From: a virus
Taxonomy: Duplodnaviria; Caudoviricetes
Virus record (IMG/VR): IMGVR_UViG_3300020043_002756
Location: 1-31,753 of that record
Direction: 5' to 3' (one strand)
Length of the DNA: 31,753 bases
The notes beneath the pieces were generated by a model. The model was not told where the DNA came from and made no database searches. It saw only the letters and a list, made by a program, of their open reading frames with translations. Positions 6,278 to 16,509 of this stretch are shown piece after piece. How positions within the stretch are numbered: position 1 is the first letter of the stretch; every line of letters starts with the position of its first letter. A program made the position numbers and the translations under genes.

Positions 6278-7000
6278 ATGCATTATTACCGCTTTAACAT
6301 TGGCGATTATAAAAGCCACACATCTCATTTAGACCCACTTGAAGACATAGCGTACAGGCGAATGCTTGACTATTGCTATTTAAACGAAATTGGGTTACCT
6401 GAAAACATAGAAGAAATTGGCCGGTTAATATCTATGCGAACGCATTGCGAATGCATTGCGAACGTACTGCGAGAGTTTTTCTATATTGAAAATGGCGTAT
6501 ATAAAAACAAGCGAGTAGAAATTGATTTGCATGATTTTAAAAGCAAATCAGAGAAGGCGGCAAACAGCGCAAAAGAGAAATGGCGTAAACATAGGCTTTC
6601 TAGTGATGCGAACGCAGAGCGAACGCAATGCGAAAATGATGCGAACGCTATGCTAACCAATAACCATAAACCAATAACCAATAACCATAAACCAATAACC
6701 AATAACCATAAACCAATAACCAGTAATATAAATCGTCATCATCAAATTATATCCACTGATGATGATGATTTATCTAGCTTGTGTGATTTGCTTGAGCTAA
6801 AAACAAAAACAAAAACGTTTAAGATTACAGAAAAATTTATTGAATCAATTGCAGATTTATATTGTATAAATAAAATTGATTTAAAGGAGTTTCTTTTGGC
6901 TTTATTTGAGCAGGAAAGTATAAAGAATAGGAATGCTAGGGTTAATGATGAAAACGCAAACGGATGGATTCTAGCGTGTTGTAAAAACAAGTATGGATGA
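6278..7000 (+). CDS. DUF1376/YdaU-family phage replication protein
   Basis: MHYYRFNIGDY...HLDPLEDIAYRRMLD N-terminus; internal iteron-like repeats. Confidence 0.85.
   Translation: MHYYRFNIGDYKSHTSHLDPLEDIAYRRMLDYCYLNEIGLPENIEEIGRLISMRTHCECIANVLREFFYIENGVYKNKRVEIDLHDFKSKSEKAANSAKEKWRKHRLSSDANAERTQCENDANAMLTNNHKPITNNHKPITNNHKPITSNINRHHQIISTDDDDLSSLCDLLELKTKTKTFKITEKFIESIADLYCINKIDLKEFLLALFEQESIKNRNARVNDENANGWILACCKNKYG
6435..6722 (+). repeat. Putative origin: 11-bp-period TGCGAACGCA repeats (6435-6472 and 6607-6650) followed by three copies of the 21-bp AACCAATAACCATAAACCAAT
   Basis: Directly visible; lies inside the replication gene, as in lambdoid origins. Confidence 0.7.
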
Positions 7001-7078
7001 TTGATATTTCGTTTTCTGATTTCATGTGTAAATTGAGACATTTAGATAAATCGTGGGTTAATAACTAAGGGGCATATT

Positions 7079-7303
7079 ATGAGAGTAAATATTTTTGGTA
7101 GAGCAATCACTGTTACAGTTGAAAATAATAAAAGATCGAAAGATGAATTGAGGACGGACTTATTAATGCTGAGAGCTAAATTAAAGCAGCTGGAAGACGA
7201 TAGAGAAAAAGTGGTAAATGGCAGCGTTAAATGCAAAGAAATCGGGAAGGCTATGTTTCAGGTGATGATGAAAATCAACGCAACAAAAAGCCTTTTAAAA
7301 TAG
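7079..7303 (+). CDS. Hypothetical protein
   Basis: 74 aa ORF with AAGGGG RBS. Confidence 0.65.
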   Translation: MRVNIFGRAITVTVENNKRSKDELRTDLLMLRAKLKQLEDDREKVVNGSVKCKEIGKAMFQVMMKINATKSLLK

Positions 7304-7334
7304 TAAACATTACAAAACTGTAATAATTCTCTTG

Positions 7335-7362
7335 TTTACATTAGCGCTAATGTAGCTATACT
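7335..7362 (+). promoter_or_regulatory. Sigma70-like promoter overlapped by a perfect 18-bp palindromic operator
   Basis: TTTACA-N16-TATACT; palindrome TACATTAGCGCTAATGTA at 7337-7354. Confidence 0.55.
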
Positions 7363-7398
7363 GAACCCATCAGATAGCAAAACAACCGGAGAGAGAAA

Positions 7399-7671
7399 AT
7401 GAAAATAGTAAAATGCACAGTAAACGTAAACGGTAATGAATTCGCAGTTGATGCAAAATACGCTGGATTTACGCAGGTTGTAATATCGTCTAGCGATGTA
7501 AATTACTCAACATACATTGAAAACGAACAGAAAATTGAACGCGCATTGTCTCGCGCGTACGAAAACGCATCTAATCAGGTTGCTGAACGCAATGATGCAG
7601 CTGGCATATACATCGGTGTAGGAGAACGTAACGGCGTAACTGTTACAGTTGAAATTGATTATGCAGGTTAA
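7399..7671 (+). CDS. Hypothetical protein
   Basis: 90 aa; GGAG RBS; follows the promoter. Confidence 0.7.
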   Translation: MKIVKCTVNVNGNEFAVDAKYAGFTQVVISSSDVNYSTYIENEQKIERALSRAYENASNQVAERNDAAGIYIGVGERNGVTVTVEIDYAG

Positions 7672-7840
7672 GACCTCAAAAGTGGCTCAAAATGCCGCTA
7701 AAACAAATACAGAAATACAGGCTGCGTTCAAAGAGCGACAAAACAAAAAAGGCATCGTTAAAAAATGCTATTGGGCAACCGCTGAACAGCACAAATCAAT
7801 TAAAAAATACGTCATGGAGCTAACATGCTGTACAAAATAG
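7661..7840 (+). CDS. Small basic putative DNA-binding protein
   Basis: AKTNTEIQAAFKERQNKKG resembles small RHH-like phage regulators; start uncertain. Confidence 0.5.
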   Translation: MQVKTSKVAQNAAKTNTEIQAAFKERQNKKGIVKKCYWATAEQHKSIKKYVMELTCCTK

Positions 7841-8007
7841 AAATCGACACCGGATCAACAACGCTGAGTTTTTTCATATCAGCGCGTAATGAAGATAAAG
7901 CCAAACTAGCTGCAATCCGGTACGCAATAGATCAGGACATGATGCGCGCCAGTCAGTCAGAGAGCGTAACCGTGAAAGCTGAGGAAGTAAAAAAATGGAC
8001 GAAATGA
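7825..8007 (+). CDS. Hypothetical protein
   Basis: 60 aa; GGAG RBS; overlaps its neighbours. Confidence 0.65.
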   Translation: MLYKIEIDTGSTTLSFFISARNEDKAKLAAIRYAIDQDMMRASQSESVTVKAEEVKKWTK

Positions 8008-8564
8008 TGGTTAAGCTAAAAAAGATTGAAGAAATGCGGCAGCAAGGTATGGAGTGGGCAGATGTAAGTAAGGAGTTATGCTACACGCATGAGGGCGGGG
8101 CAGCTAAATTTTATTACAGAAACATGGCTAAACTTAAATTTGCGCTATTGCCGGATGATGACGAGATTGTAATAAAAATACGCGATTTAGTAGAAAATGG
8201 AGTTAGCAGGAAAGACGCGGCCAAACAGCTTGGCGTTAGGGTTGTCGATGTCGAGGCAGTTTGCAAGATAAAGTTAATATACAAAAAAAGGGAGTTCAGG
8301 AAGAAGAAGTTTGATGATGTGCTGATAAAATCAATCGGTGAAATGATTTATTCCGGGAAAACAACTGAAGAAATCATAGAAAAAACCGGCATTAATAAAG
8401 CAAAGTTTTTCCAATTGCGCTGGTATTATTTCAACAAAACAAAAAAAGGCACGATAGAAGAACAGGATGTTTACAGTAATATGGACGATTCGCACGGCAA
8501 AGAATCGCTTCTATATCAAATACCAACAGACGTTAAATCGTTACTAATGAGGCCTTTGGCTTAA
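7995..8564 (+). CDS. Putative multi-HTH DNA-binding protein (possible late regulator)
   Basis: Three HTH-like segments (GMEWADVSKEL, GVSRKDAAKQLGV, GKTTEEIIEKTGI); lies just upstream of terS. Confidence 0.6.
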   Translation: MDEMMVKLKKIEEMRQQGMEWADVSKELCYTHEGGAAKFYYRNMAKLKFALLPDDDEIVIKIRDLVENGVSRKDAAKQLGVRVVDVEAVCKIKLIYKKREFRKKKFDDVLIKSIGEMIYSGKTTEEIIEKTGINKAKFFQLRWYYFNKTKKGTIEEQDVYSNMDDSHGKESLLYQIPTDVKSLLMRPLA

Positions 8565-8633
8565 TAAAATATCCATATACAATAATTATTCTTATAATGA
8601 TATACTGTATAAAACAACACTAGGTTTTATACA

Positions 8634-9089
8634 ATGCCAGCGGGAAGACCTTCATTATATACAGATGAGTTAGTACACACTTTCATTTCAAGGCTTGCCA
8701 CTGGTGAAAGTGTAAGAACTATTTGTAAATCTGATGATATGCCTGAAGCTGGCACAATTTTTAGATGGCTTACTGAAAAGCCAGAATTTAATGAGCAATA
8801 CGCGAAAGCAAAAGAATTGGCCGCTGAAGCATTGGCAGAGGATATATTTGATATTGCCGATGATAACTCACTTGATTATGAAGAAGATGGCAATGGACAG
8901 CTAAGAGTCAATAATGATGCTATCCAACGTGCGCGGTTAAGAGTCGATGTAAGGAAGTGGTATTTATCAAAGATAATGCCGAAAAAATATGGAGATAGAC
9001 AACAGCTTGAAATTGGCGGTAAAGATGGAAAGCCAATTGAAACTATAACAACGATAAGACTGGTAGCCGGTGATGGAAGTAACAGTTAA
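8634..9089 (+). CDS. terS: Terminase small subunit (Sf6 gp1-like)
   Basis: GRPSLYT...GESVRTIC...ARLRVDVRKWYLSKIMPKKYGD. Confidence 0.92.
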   Translation: MPAGRPSLYTDELVHTFISRLATGESVRTICKSDDMPEAGTIFRWLTEKPEFNEQYAKAKELAAEALAEDIFDIADDNSLDYEEDGNGQLRVNNDAIQRARLRVDVRKWYLSKIMPKKYGDRQQLEIGGKDGKPIETITTIRLVAGDGSNS

Positions 9090-10296
9090 CCTTCCCCCAA
9101 AGCTAATACCACTATTTTCCTATCCTCGCGGCGAATTACGCTATAGAGGAACATATGGTGGACGTGGATCAGGAAAGTCGTTTTCATTTGCAAAGATGGC
9201 AGCAATATTCGGATACATTGAGCAGCTTAGAATACTTTGCACGCGTGATATTCAAAACTCTATTACTGAGTCATTCCATGCCGAATTAAAAAACGCGATA
9301 AAGTCCGAACCGTGGCTTGAATCCCATTATGATGTAGGGGTTGATTATCTACGTGGAAAAAATGGCACAGAGTTTCTGTTTAAGGGCTTAAGGCACAATA
9401 CTCAATCTATTAAATCAATGGCACAGATTGATATTTGCATTGTAGAAGAAGCTGAAGACGTAGCAGAGCAATCATGGACTGATTTAGAGCCAACCATTCG
9501 AGCGCCAAAATCTGAAATATGGGTTATCTGGAACAGGAAAAAGAAAGGCTCACCCGTTGATAATCGGTTTATAGAGAACCCTCCGCCACGGTCAATGATT
9601 GTTGAAATGAATTACAGCGACAATCCGTGGTTTCCAAGGGAATTGGAAGAGCAAAGAATACACGCACAAAAAACACTTGATCCAGGTAAGTATTCGCATA
9701 TATGGGAAGGAAACTACTTGCAGAATAGTGAAGCTAGGGTGTTCAGGAATTGGATTGTAAGAGAGTTTGAAGCGCCTTTAGATGCTATTCATCGTATCGG
9801 TGCAGACTGGGGCTTTAGTGTTGATCCAACTGTTGCTGTACGTTGCCATATAGTCGGTAAAAAACTGTTTATTGATTATGAGGCCTATCAAATAGGATGC
9901 GAGATAGTAAACACGCCCGCTTTGTTCATGACCATTCCAGACTGTGAGAAGTGGCCGATGGTCGCTGATAGTTCACGACCTGAGACAATTAGCCATTTAA
10001 AAAAGAATGGATTCAAGAATATATTTCCGAGCGTGAAAGGTGCGCGAAGTGTGGAAGAAGGTATTGAGTGGCTACAATCTTTTGAGATTATCGTGCATCC
10101 AAGATGCAAAAACGCCATTCAGGAATTAACCGACTACTCTTACAAGATTGATAAAGATACCGCATTAGTATTGCCGATACTTGAAGACAAGAACAACCAT
10201 ATTATTGACGCAATCCGGTACGCTTGTGAAGGCGCAAGAAGAGCAACACCAAAACCAGTAAACATTCAGCCAATGGCAAGACTAAGTTATTTCTAA
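9073..10296 (+). CDS. terL: Terminase large subunit, PBSX family
   Basis: GGRGSGKS Walker A, VEEAE Walker B, DWGF and NHIIDAIRYA nuclease motifs. Confidence 0.95.
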   Translation: MEVTVNLPPKLIPLFSYPRGELRYRGTYGGRGSGKSFSFAKMAAIFGYIEQLRILCTRDIQNSITESFHAELKNAIKSEPWLESHYDVGVDYLRGKNGTEFLFKGLRHNTQSIKSMAQIDICIVEEAEDVAEQSWTDLEPTIRAPKSEIWVIWNRKKKGSPVDNRFIENPPPRSMIVEMNYSDNPWFPRELEEQRIHAQKTLDPGKYSHIWEGNYLQNSEARVFRNWIVREFEAPLDAIHRIGADWGFSVDPTVAVRCHIVGKKLFIDYEAYQIGCEIVNTPALFMTIPDCEKWPMVADSSRPETISHLKKNGFKNIFPSVKGARSVEEGIEWLQSFEIIVHPRCKNAIQELTDYSYKIDKDTALVLPILEDKNNHIIDAIRYACEGARRATPKPVNIQPMARLSYF

Positions 10297-10305
10297 AGGT
10301 TTATT

Positions 10306-12330
10306 ATGAGCATGACAAAAGAAGAAAGACTGAAAAAGATCCATGCCGAGTTGTTGGATGTGTTCGACAATATCAGCTCTGCAATGCGCGATGAAAGAAT
10401 GCAGTGTTTGCAGGATAGAAGATTTTTATGGATTACTGGTGGGCAATATGAAGGCAATTTAGCGCAGCAATTTGAAAACAAGCCAAAAATTGAAATTAAT
10501 AAGCTGGCTCTTTCCGTAAATAGAATTTATTCCGAGTACAGGAATAATAGGATAACTGTTGATTTTGTTCCGAAAGAGGGCGAAGAACAAGACAAGCTAT
10601 GCGATACGTTAGACGGGCTGTATCGGGCCGATGAACAGGACTCTGTAGCGGATGAAGCCTATGATAACGCCTTTGAAGAGGCTGTAGGTGGTGGGTTTGG
10701 TGCATTTCGTCTTGTGTGTGAGTATGAGAACGAACTGGATGATGACGACGAAAGGCAGCGGATTAGGTTTGAACCTATAACCGATGCTGATTCATGTGTG
10801 TTTTTTGATCTGAACGCAAAGCGACAAGATAAATCTGATGCCAAGTATTGTTTTGTTTTGTCTGGAATGACACCTGAGGAATACACAGATACCTATCAAG
10901 AAGAAATCGCAACAATGCAAAAGGACGTGCAGCAAACACAATTTGACTGGACTACACCAGATATTATTTATATTGCTGAAGCGTACAAGGTAGTGATTAA
11001 GCGTGAAACAGTACGCTATTTCAAGCCGTTAGTCGGTGAAGAAGAATCTTATAGAGATTCAGAGTTTGAAGCTGATGAAACATTACTAGAAAGCTTATTA
11101 GTACAAGGCTACAAAGAAGTAAGAACCAAAAAGATCAAGGTGAAAAAGGTTCATAAGTACATTATGAGCGGCGATAAAATTCTGGAGGATTGCGGCGTTA
11201 TTGCCGGCAATAATATTCCTATTGTTCCTGTGTATGGTAAGCGTTTTTTTATTGATGGCGTAGAGCGATGCATGGGACATGTAAGACTGGCTAAAGATTC
11301 GCAGCGATTGAAGAACATGCAAATGTCAAAGCTTGCCGAGATAGCTGCATTATCTAGTGTTGAAAAGCCTATTCTTTCGCCTGAACAGATTGCAGGGCAT
11401 CAATTGATGTGGGGTGAGGATAACATTAAGGACTATCCATATTTATTGATTAATCCAACGCATGACATGAACGGAAACGAGGTATTGCAAGGCCCTGTTG
11501 CTTATACAAGGTCGCCACAGATACCGCCAGCAATGGCTGCATTGTTACAGATTACTGAAGTTGATATGCAGGAAATACTTGGCAATCAGCAAGCAGCGGA
11601 AAAGATGCAATCGAATATTTCAGGTACAGCAATCGAGTTAATTCAGAATAAATTGGATATGCAAACGTATATCTATATTTCTAACTTTGCCAAGGCTATC
11701 AAGCGTGCCGGCCAGATATGGTTAGGCATGGCGCGGGAGATACTGACAGAGCCAGGGCGCAAGATGAAAACTATTTCAAAGGATGGTGAAGTAAGCCAAG
11801 CGCAACTATACAAACCGGTCATGACTGAAAACGGCGAAGAGTACGAAAACGATTTATCAAAGGCCGACTTTGACGTGTTTGTTGATGTAGGCCCGTCAAG
11901 TTCAAGCAAACGCAATGCAATTGTAAGAGCATTAACTGAAATGATGCAGGTTACTTCAGATCCTGAAACTATGCAGGTGTTATCAGGCATGGCAATGATA
12001 AACATGGAAGGTGAAGGTATTGTAGATGCGCGCAAATACTTTAGAGCCAAGCTTGTTAGGATGGGAGTTATTGAGCCTACAGAGGAAGAGATTAAAGAGC
12101 TGCAGGCAGAGCAGGCTAACCAAGTGCCTGATGCGCAGGCAGAATACCTGAAAGCAGCGGCAGAAGAGGCAGAGGCGAAGGCGGCAGGTGCAAGGGCAAA
12201 TACATTGCTAACTATTGCAAAAGCTGAAGAAACAAAAGCCAATTCAGCGAAGATACAAGCAGAAGCAGAGGCGCAACAACTGGAAAACGATTTAGCTGAA
12301 AGCGGATTAAAAGACATATTAGGTATTTAA
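10306..12330 (+). CDS. P22-like portal protein
   Basis: 674 aa after terL; AYDNAFEEAVGGGFGAFR and GHVRLAKDSQRLKN motifs; helical C-terminus. Confidence 0.92.
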   Translation: MSMTKEERLKKIHAELLDVFDNISSAMRDERMQCLQDRRFLWITGGQYEGNLAQQFENKPKIEINKLALSVNRIYSEYRNNRITVDFVPKEGEEQDKLCDTLDGLYRADEQDSVADEAYDNAFEEAVGGGFGAFRLVCEYENELDDDDERQRIRFEPITDADSCVFFDLNAKRQDKSDAKYCFVLSGMTPEEYTDTYQEEIATMQKDVQQTQFDWTTPDIIYIAEAYKVVIKRETVRYFKPLVGEEESYRDSEFEADETLLESLLVQGYKEVRTKKIKVKKVHKYIMSGDKILEDCGVIAGNNIPIVPVYGKRFFIDGVERCMGHVRLAKDSQRLKNMQMSKLAEIAALSSVEKPILSPEQIAGHQLMWGEDNIKDYPYLLINPTHDMNGNEVLQGPVAYTRSPQIPPAMAALLQITEVDMQEILGNQQAAEKMQSNISGTAIELIQNKLDMQTYIYISNFAKAIKRAGQIWLGMAREILTEPGRKMKTISKDGEVSQAQLYKPVMTENGEEYENDLSKADFDVFVDVGPSSSSKRNAIVRALTEMMQVTSDPETMQVLSGMAMINMEGEGIVDARKYFRAKLVRMGVIEPTEEEIKELQAEQANQVPDAQAEYLKAAAEEAEAKAAGARANTLLTIAKAEETKANSAKIQAEAEAQQLENDLAESGLKDILGI

Positions 12331-12331
12331 T

Positions 12332-13339
12332 ATGGGTAAGCTATCTAAAATAATCAGCAAGATAGACGATATTAAAAGGAATAAAAACGCATCAAGTATG
12401 GCAGTAATTACTGGTGCAGTTGCGTCTGGAGGGTTATTAGGTAGTAGCCAAGCAGATGCAAGTATGATAGGGCAAAGCGCTAAGACTTTTAACAAAGCAG
12501 CTTTGGAAGTTGCGCAAGCAATGGAGAAGCAAGGAGCGCCAATGGAGGCTATCAGAAAGACTACAGGCTATCAGTTCGGAACGCCAATCCATCGTGGTGC
12601 AGATGGTAAATGGAGACAAGAGATTGGCGATTTTGAAAATGACTATGAATCTTATGCAAGGTTAGCCGGAGAAGAAGAGGCAAGGCAAACACAAAAGCGT
12701 ATTGGCTTATCAATGAAGGATCGTATAGATAGGAATCCTGACCTTGATTTTGATACACCTCCAGAGCAGCAAATAGTAAGAGGACAAGCCGGAAGCGCTA
12801 CAACTCCTGTAATGGCTGCAACAGGATTAACAGGATTGGGTTTATCAGGAATTCAGGCTTTAAATGGAGAAAATGCCAAGCAAATATATAAATTTGCAGA
12901 TAAACGAAATAAACGAAAAATGCTGAAAGCGGCCTATGAAAACACGCCATTTTATAAAGGAGTATCTGACATTTCTTCATTAGTAGGTGCTGGCGATGTT
13001 TTACGTGGAATCATGGCAGCAAAATTAGCTGCTACTGGGAAAATGAATGAATACCCAGGAATAGATAAGCAGATATCTGATGCCGAGGCGATGAAAACAT
13101 AAACAGGTAAGAAAATAGAATCTGCATTTGTTAATTCAGTCGCTCCAGTATTGTCCGAATTCATACCGTTTTATGAGCAGCGAATGAAGCAGATACAAGA
13201 CTTTTCACAATCAATGGATGATAGCAGGAATCCAGAATTATCGGCATTGCGTGCTATGAGTATAGAAATTCCTTCATCTATTGGCGCGAGTATATTATCA
13301 ATGCCTGATTATTTGCTTGACACGTTAAACAAGAATTGA
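12332..13339 (+). pseudogene. Degenerate LPD23-like polyvalent-protein gene with an in-frame TAA at 13100-13102
   Basis: RGADGKWRQEI and YARLAGEEEAR motifs; the reading frame stays open past the single stop and is in frame with ORF 13151-13339. Confidence 0.55.
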
Positions 13340-13364
13340 CAATTGTATGACTATACAGTAGTGT
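13336..13364 (+). promoter_or_regulatory. Sigma70-like promoter upstream of scaffold/coat
   Basis: TTGACA-N17-TAGTGT. Confidence 0.5.
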
Positions 13365-13407
13365 ATATATTAACAGCATCCACTAGCTTAAAAGTGAGCA
13401 GAAAAAA

Positions 13408-14253
13408 ATGTTAGATGATAAGGCAGTAGACACCGAAGAAATCGAGATTGAAGAAGGTTTAGAGGTTGAGGCAGTAGAGGAAGAAATTCCAGAAACTGAA
13501 GAAAGCGAAGAACTAGAACAAGTAACGGTTTCCATAGGTGATGAGGAATCGCCAACCTCTGAAGACAGCAAAGCGCCTGATTGGGTACGGGAATTGCGGA
13601 AGAAAAACCGCGAAGACCAAAAGCGCATTAGAGAACTTGAGGAAAAGCTTAACGCTGTGAAAGCAGTAGAAAAGCCGATTACTTTAGGGCAAAAGCCAAG
13701 ACTTGAAGATGAAGGGATTGATTATGATCCTGAAGTTTTTGAGCAAAAGCTAGATGCATGGAAAGAGCAAAAGAGAGCTTTAGAAGAGCAAGAAGCCAAA
13801 GCACGACAAGAGCAAGATGCAGTTAAGCAACAATTTGCACAAAAGCTTGAGACGTACGAAAAGGCCAAAGCTAGTTTAAAGGTTAGTGACTTTGCAGACG
13901 CTGAAGAAAACGTAGCAGATACGTTTAACCAGTTACAGCAAACATTGATACTCTCATACGCTGCTGATCCGGCTGTTGCCATATATGCGTTAGGAAAGAA
14001 CACTCAAAGGGCAAAAGAACTGTCACAAATTACTGACCCGATTCTTTTTGCTATTGCGTTAAAAGATTTGGAGAAAACGATGAAAGTAACATCAAGTAAA
14101 AAACCTGCCCCAGAAACGAGAGTTCAAGGCGGAAAGACTACCGGTGTTAATGATTCAACATTAGAACGATTGAGAGCTGAAGCCTATAAAACAGGTGACA
14201 ATAGTAAAGTAACCGCTTATCGACGACAGCAAATGTTAAAATCCAAAAATTAA
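13408..14253 (+). CDS. Scaffolding protein
   Basis: Acidic N-terminus, coiled coil, located immediately before the coat gene. Confidence 0.85.
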   Translation: MLDDKAVDTEEIEIEEGLEVEAVEEEIPETEESEELEQVTVSIGDEESPTSEDSKAPDWVRELRKKNREDQKRIRELEEKLNAVKAVEKPITLGQKPRLEDEGIDYDPEVFEQKLDAWKEQKRALEEQEAKARQEQDAVKQQFAQKLETYEKAKASLKVSDFADAEENVADTFNQLQQTLILSYAADPAVAIYALGKNTQRAKELSQITDPILFAIALKDLEKTMKVTSSKKPAPETRVQGGKTTGVNDSTLERLRAEAYKTGDNSKVTAYRRQQMLKSKN

Positions 14254-14265
14254 AAGGTGAATTAA

Positions 14266-15540
14266 ATGTCTAACGCATTTAGCAAAGAAGAAGTAGTAGC
14301 ATTTGAAGATGTAATGCTTGGTTTTGAAGATCAGCTGGTTTTAAGTAAAAACGTAAACACATACAACACCGATGGTGTAACAATGGCCCGTGCCAATGAC
14401 ACCATTTGGCGGCCTATCCCGTACATTGGACAATCATTTGATGGCATGGATCAAACATCAAACTTCAGTGATTATACACAGCTTTCAGTGCCTGCTACAT
14501 TGGGTTACAAGAAATCTGTTCCGTTTATCATGGATGCTATGGAATTGCGCGATGCCTTGCAAGAAAACCGTTTAGGCCAAGCTGCAAAACAAAAACTGGC
14601 CTCTGACATTAACCAAGCCATTATGACTGTTGCCGCGTATCAAGGTACCGCTGTTGTTAAACGCACCACGGCTGCTTCCGGCTTTGATGATATTGCGCAG
14701 TGTGATGCGTTGTTTAATGAAACCGGCGTTCCTAACTATGATCGTTGCATTGCATTGTCAAGCCGCGATTATAACGGCATGGCTAACAATCTGTCTGTTG
14801 CATCGCGTAGCTTTGGCAACCGTAAAACTGATTCAGCGTATGAGCGCGCATATCTTGGTCAAGTATCAAGCTTTGACACGTTCAAAATGGATTATGCCCT
14901 GTCATTGACTGCAAAAGCTGGTGTGACTGTTACTGTAAACGGAGCTAACCAATACCATACACCTGCCGCTACATCTACCGCAGGCACTGGCGAGGTTTCA
15001 AACGTCGATAACCGTACTCAATCACTGATAATCTCTGTTGGCGGCGGTACTGTTAAAGTTGGCGACGCGTTCACTATTGCTAACGTGTACGCTGTTCACC
15101 CAATTACCAAACAATCTACCGGGCAATTGAAAACTTTCCGTATCACTGCAATCGTTTCCGGTGCTGGTGGTTCTGGAACAGTGACCATTAGTCCTGCAAT
15201 TGTTTCTAACGGTGGGTCAACAGATGCAGAAGCACAATACCAGAACGTAACTGCTACGCCTGCAAACGGTGCTGCAATTACTTTCTTGAACACCACAACT
15301 GCAAGCATGAACCCTTTCTGGCAAAAAGATGCCATAGAGATCCTGCCAGGCCGTTATGCTGTTGATACCTCTGCTGGAGCTGCGATTATGCGCTCTACCA
15401 CTTCACAAGGTATTGAGGTTGTAATGCAGAAGCAATACGACATTAATACCATGAAGTATAAGTTCCGCTTTGACTGTCTGTTTGGCGTAGTAAATAAACA
15501 GCCTGAAATGTCTGGAATCATACTGTTCGGTCAAGCTTAA
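14266..15540 (+). CDS. P22 gp5-like major capsid protein
   Basis: MSNAFSKEEVVAFED...AAKQKLASDIN...PEMSGIILFGQ; 424 aa. Confidence 0.93.
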   Translation: MSNAFSKEEVVAFEDVMLGFEDQLVLSKNVNTYNTDGVTMARANDTIWRPIPYIGQSFDGMDQTSNFSDYTQLSVPATLGYKKSVPFIMDAMELRDALQENRLGQAAKQKLASDINQAIMTVAAYQGTAVVKRTTAASGFDDIAQCDALFNETGVPNYDRCIALSSRDYNGMANNLSVASRSFGNRKTDSAYERAYLGQVSSFDTFKMDYALSLTAKAGVTVTVNGANQYHTPAATSTAGTGEVSNVDNRTQSLIISVGGGTVKVGDAFTIANVYAVHPITKQSTGQLKTFRITAIVSGAGGSGTVTISPAIVSNGGSTDAEAQYQNVTATPANGAAITFLNTTTASMNPFWQKDAIEILPGRYAVDTSAGAAIMRSTTSQGIEVVMQKQYDINTMKYKFRFDCLFGVVNKQPEMSGIILFGQA

Positions 15541-15544
15541 CGAG

Positions 15545-15564
15545 AGGGGCGAAAGCCCCTTTTT
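15545..15564 (+). terminator. Rho-independent terminator after the coat gene
   Basis: AGGGGC-GAAA-GCCCCT followed by T-run. Confidence 0.85.
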
Positions 15565-15585
15565 ACTTCTCTTTAGGTTCATTTT

Positions 15586-16056
15586 ATGAGCTACACGAAA
15601 TTGCAATTAATAAATGAAGCTTTTGACGTTGTTGGCTTATCTTCATTTGTTTTTGATTTAACGCCTAGTGATTTACAAAGCGCGGCGAGAAAGCTTGATT
15701 CTATGATGTCTTCATGGGATTCGTTAGGTATCCACATTGGCTACCCTGTTTCTACTAATCCACAAAATATTAGCACTAGCGATGAGTCTAACGCTCCATC
15801 GTTAGCTGTTCAGGCAATTGTGTATAACCTGGGAATTAGAATAGCGCCTTCATTTGGTAAGCAGTTATCGCAAGATGTTAAGCAAGTAGCGCGTGAATCT
15901 TATCTGGAATTATTAAGACGTTATAGCCAAGTAAAAGAAATGCAACTGCCTATTATGCCAATTGGTGCAGGTAGTAAAAACATTGATTATCCATTCACAC
16001 AGCAACCAGTCAATTCGGTTGATGTTGATGGCAGCGCGGAGCTAGATTTGATATGA
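15586..16056 (+). CDS. P22 gp4-like head-tail adaptor (DNA stabilization protein)
   Basis: LDSMMSSW...NLGIRIAPSFGK...MPIGAG; position after the coat gene. Confidence 0.85.
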   Translation: MSYTKLQLINEAFDVVGLSSFVFDLTPSDLQSAARKLDSMMSSWDSLGIHIGYPVSTNPQNISTSDESNAPSLAVQAIVYNLGIRIAPSFGKQLSQDVKQVARESYLELLRRYSQVKEMQLPIMPIGAGSKNIDYPFTQQPVNSVDVDGSAELDLI

Positions 16057-16508
16057 GTACAATACAGCAATTACCCGTAGCGGATACGATAGAAGCAGGG
16101 GATGCCATACCTTTTTGGTCAAGCAATGGCGGAAATTCTCAAAGAATATCAGTTACTTTATTGGCTAGTAAAGTCAATGAACTTGCTAACACAACTGGAT
16201 ATGTTAGCGAATACGTCCAGGTATATTCCTCTCCATCATCTACAGGCTTTACAGCTACTGTGACCGATGGGACAGATAATTATTGGCTGATATTAACGCC
16301 TACAGGAACCATGTCTACAGGAACGATTGTATTGCCAACATCTCCTACAGATAATCAACAAGTAATGGTTTTCAGTACGCAAATAGTTACAACATTGACA
16401 ATATCAAGCGCCAAAACCGTAACCGGTGGCCCTACTGCTTTAGCGGCTAACGGTACGTTTACGTTAAAATATTGCGCAGTAAATTCTTCATGGTACAGGG
16501 TGAATTAA
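16053..16508 (+). CDS. Virion structural protein (Ser/Thr-rich)
   Basis: Beta-rich composition within the structural operon; ends in WYRV. Confidence 0.7.
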   Translation: MSTIQQLPVADTIEAGDAIPFWSSNGGNSQRISVTLLASKVNELANTTGYVSEYVQVYSSPSSTGFTATVTDGTDNYWLILTPTGTMSTGTIVLPTSPTDNQQVMVFSTQIVTTLTISSAKTVTGGPTALAANGTFTLKYCAVNSSWYRVN

Positions 16509-16509
16509 T

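Noticed and set aside
11673-12317. Long antisense ORFs (also 4309-4701, 20277-20699, 27281-27760, 3862-4176 and others)
   Set aside because: They are shadows of well-supported + strand genes, with no RBS or recognisable motifs.
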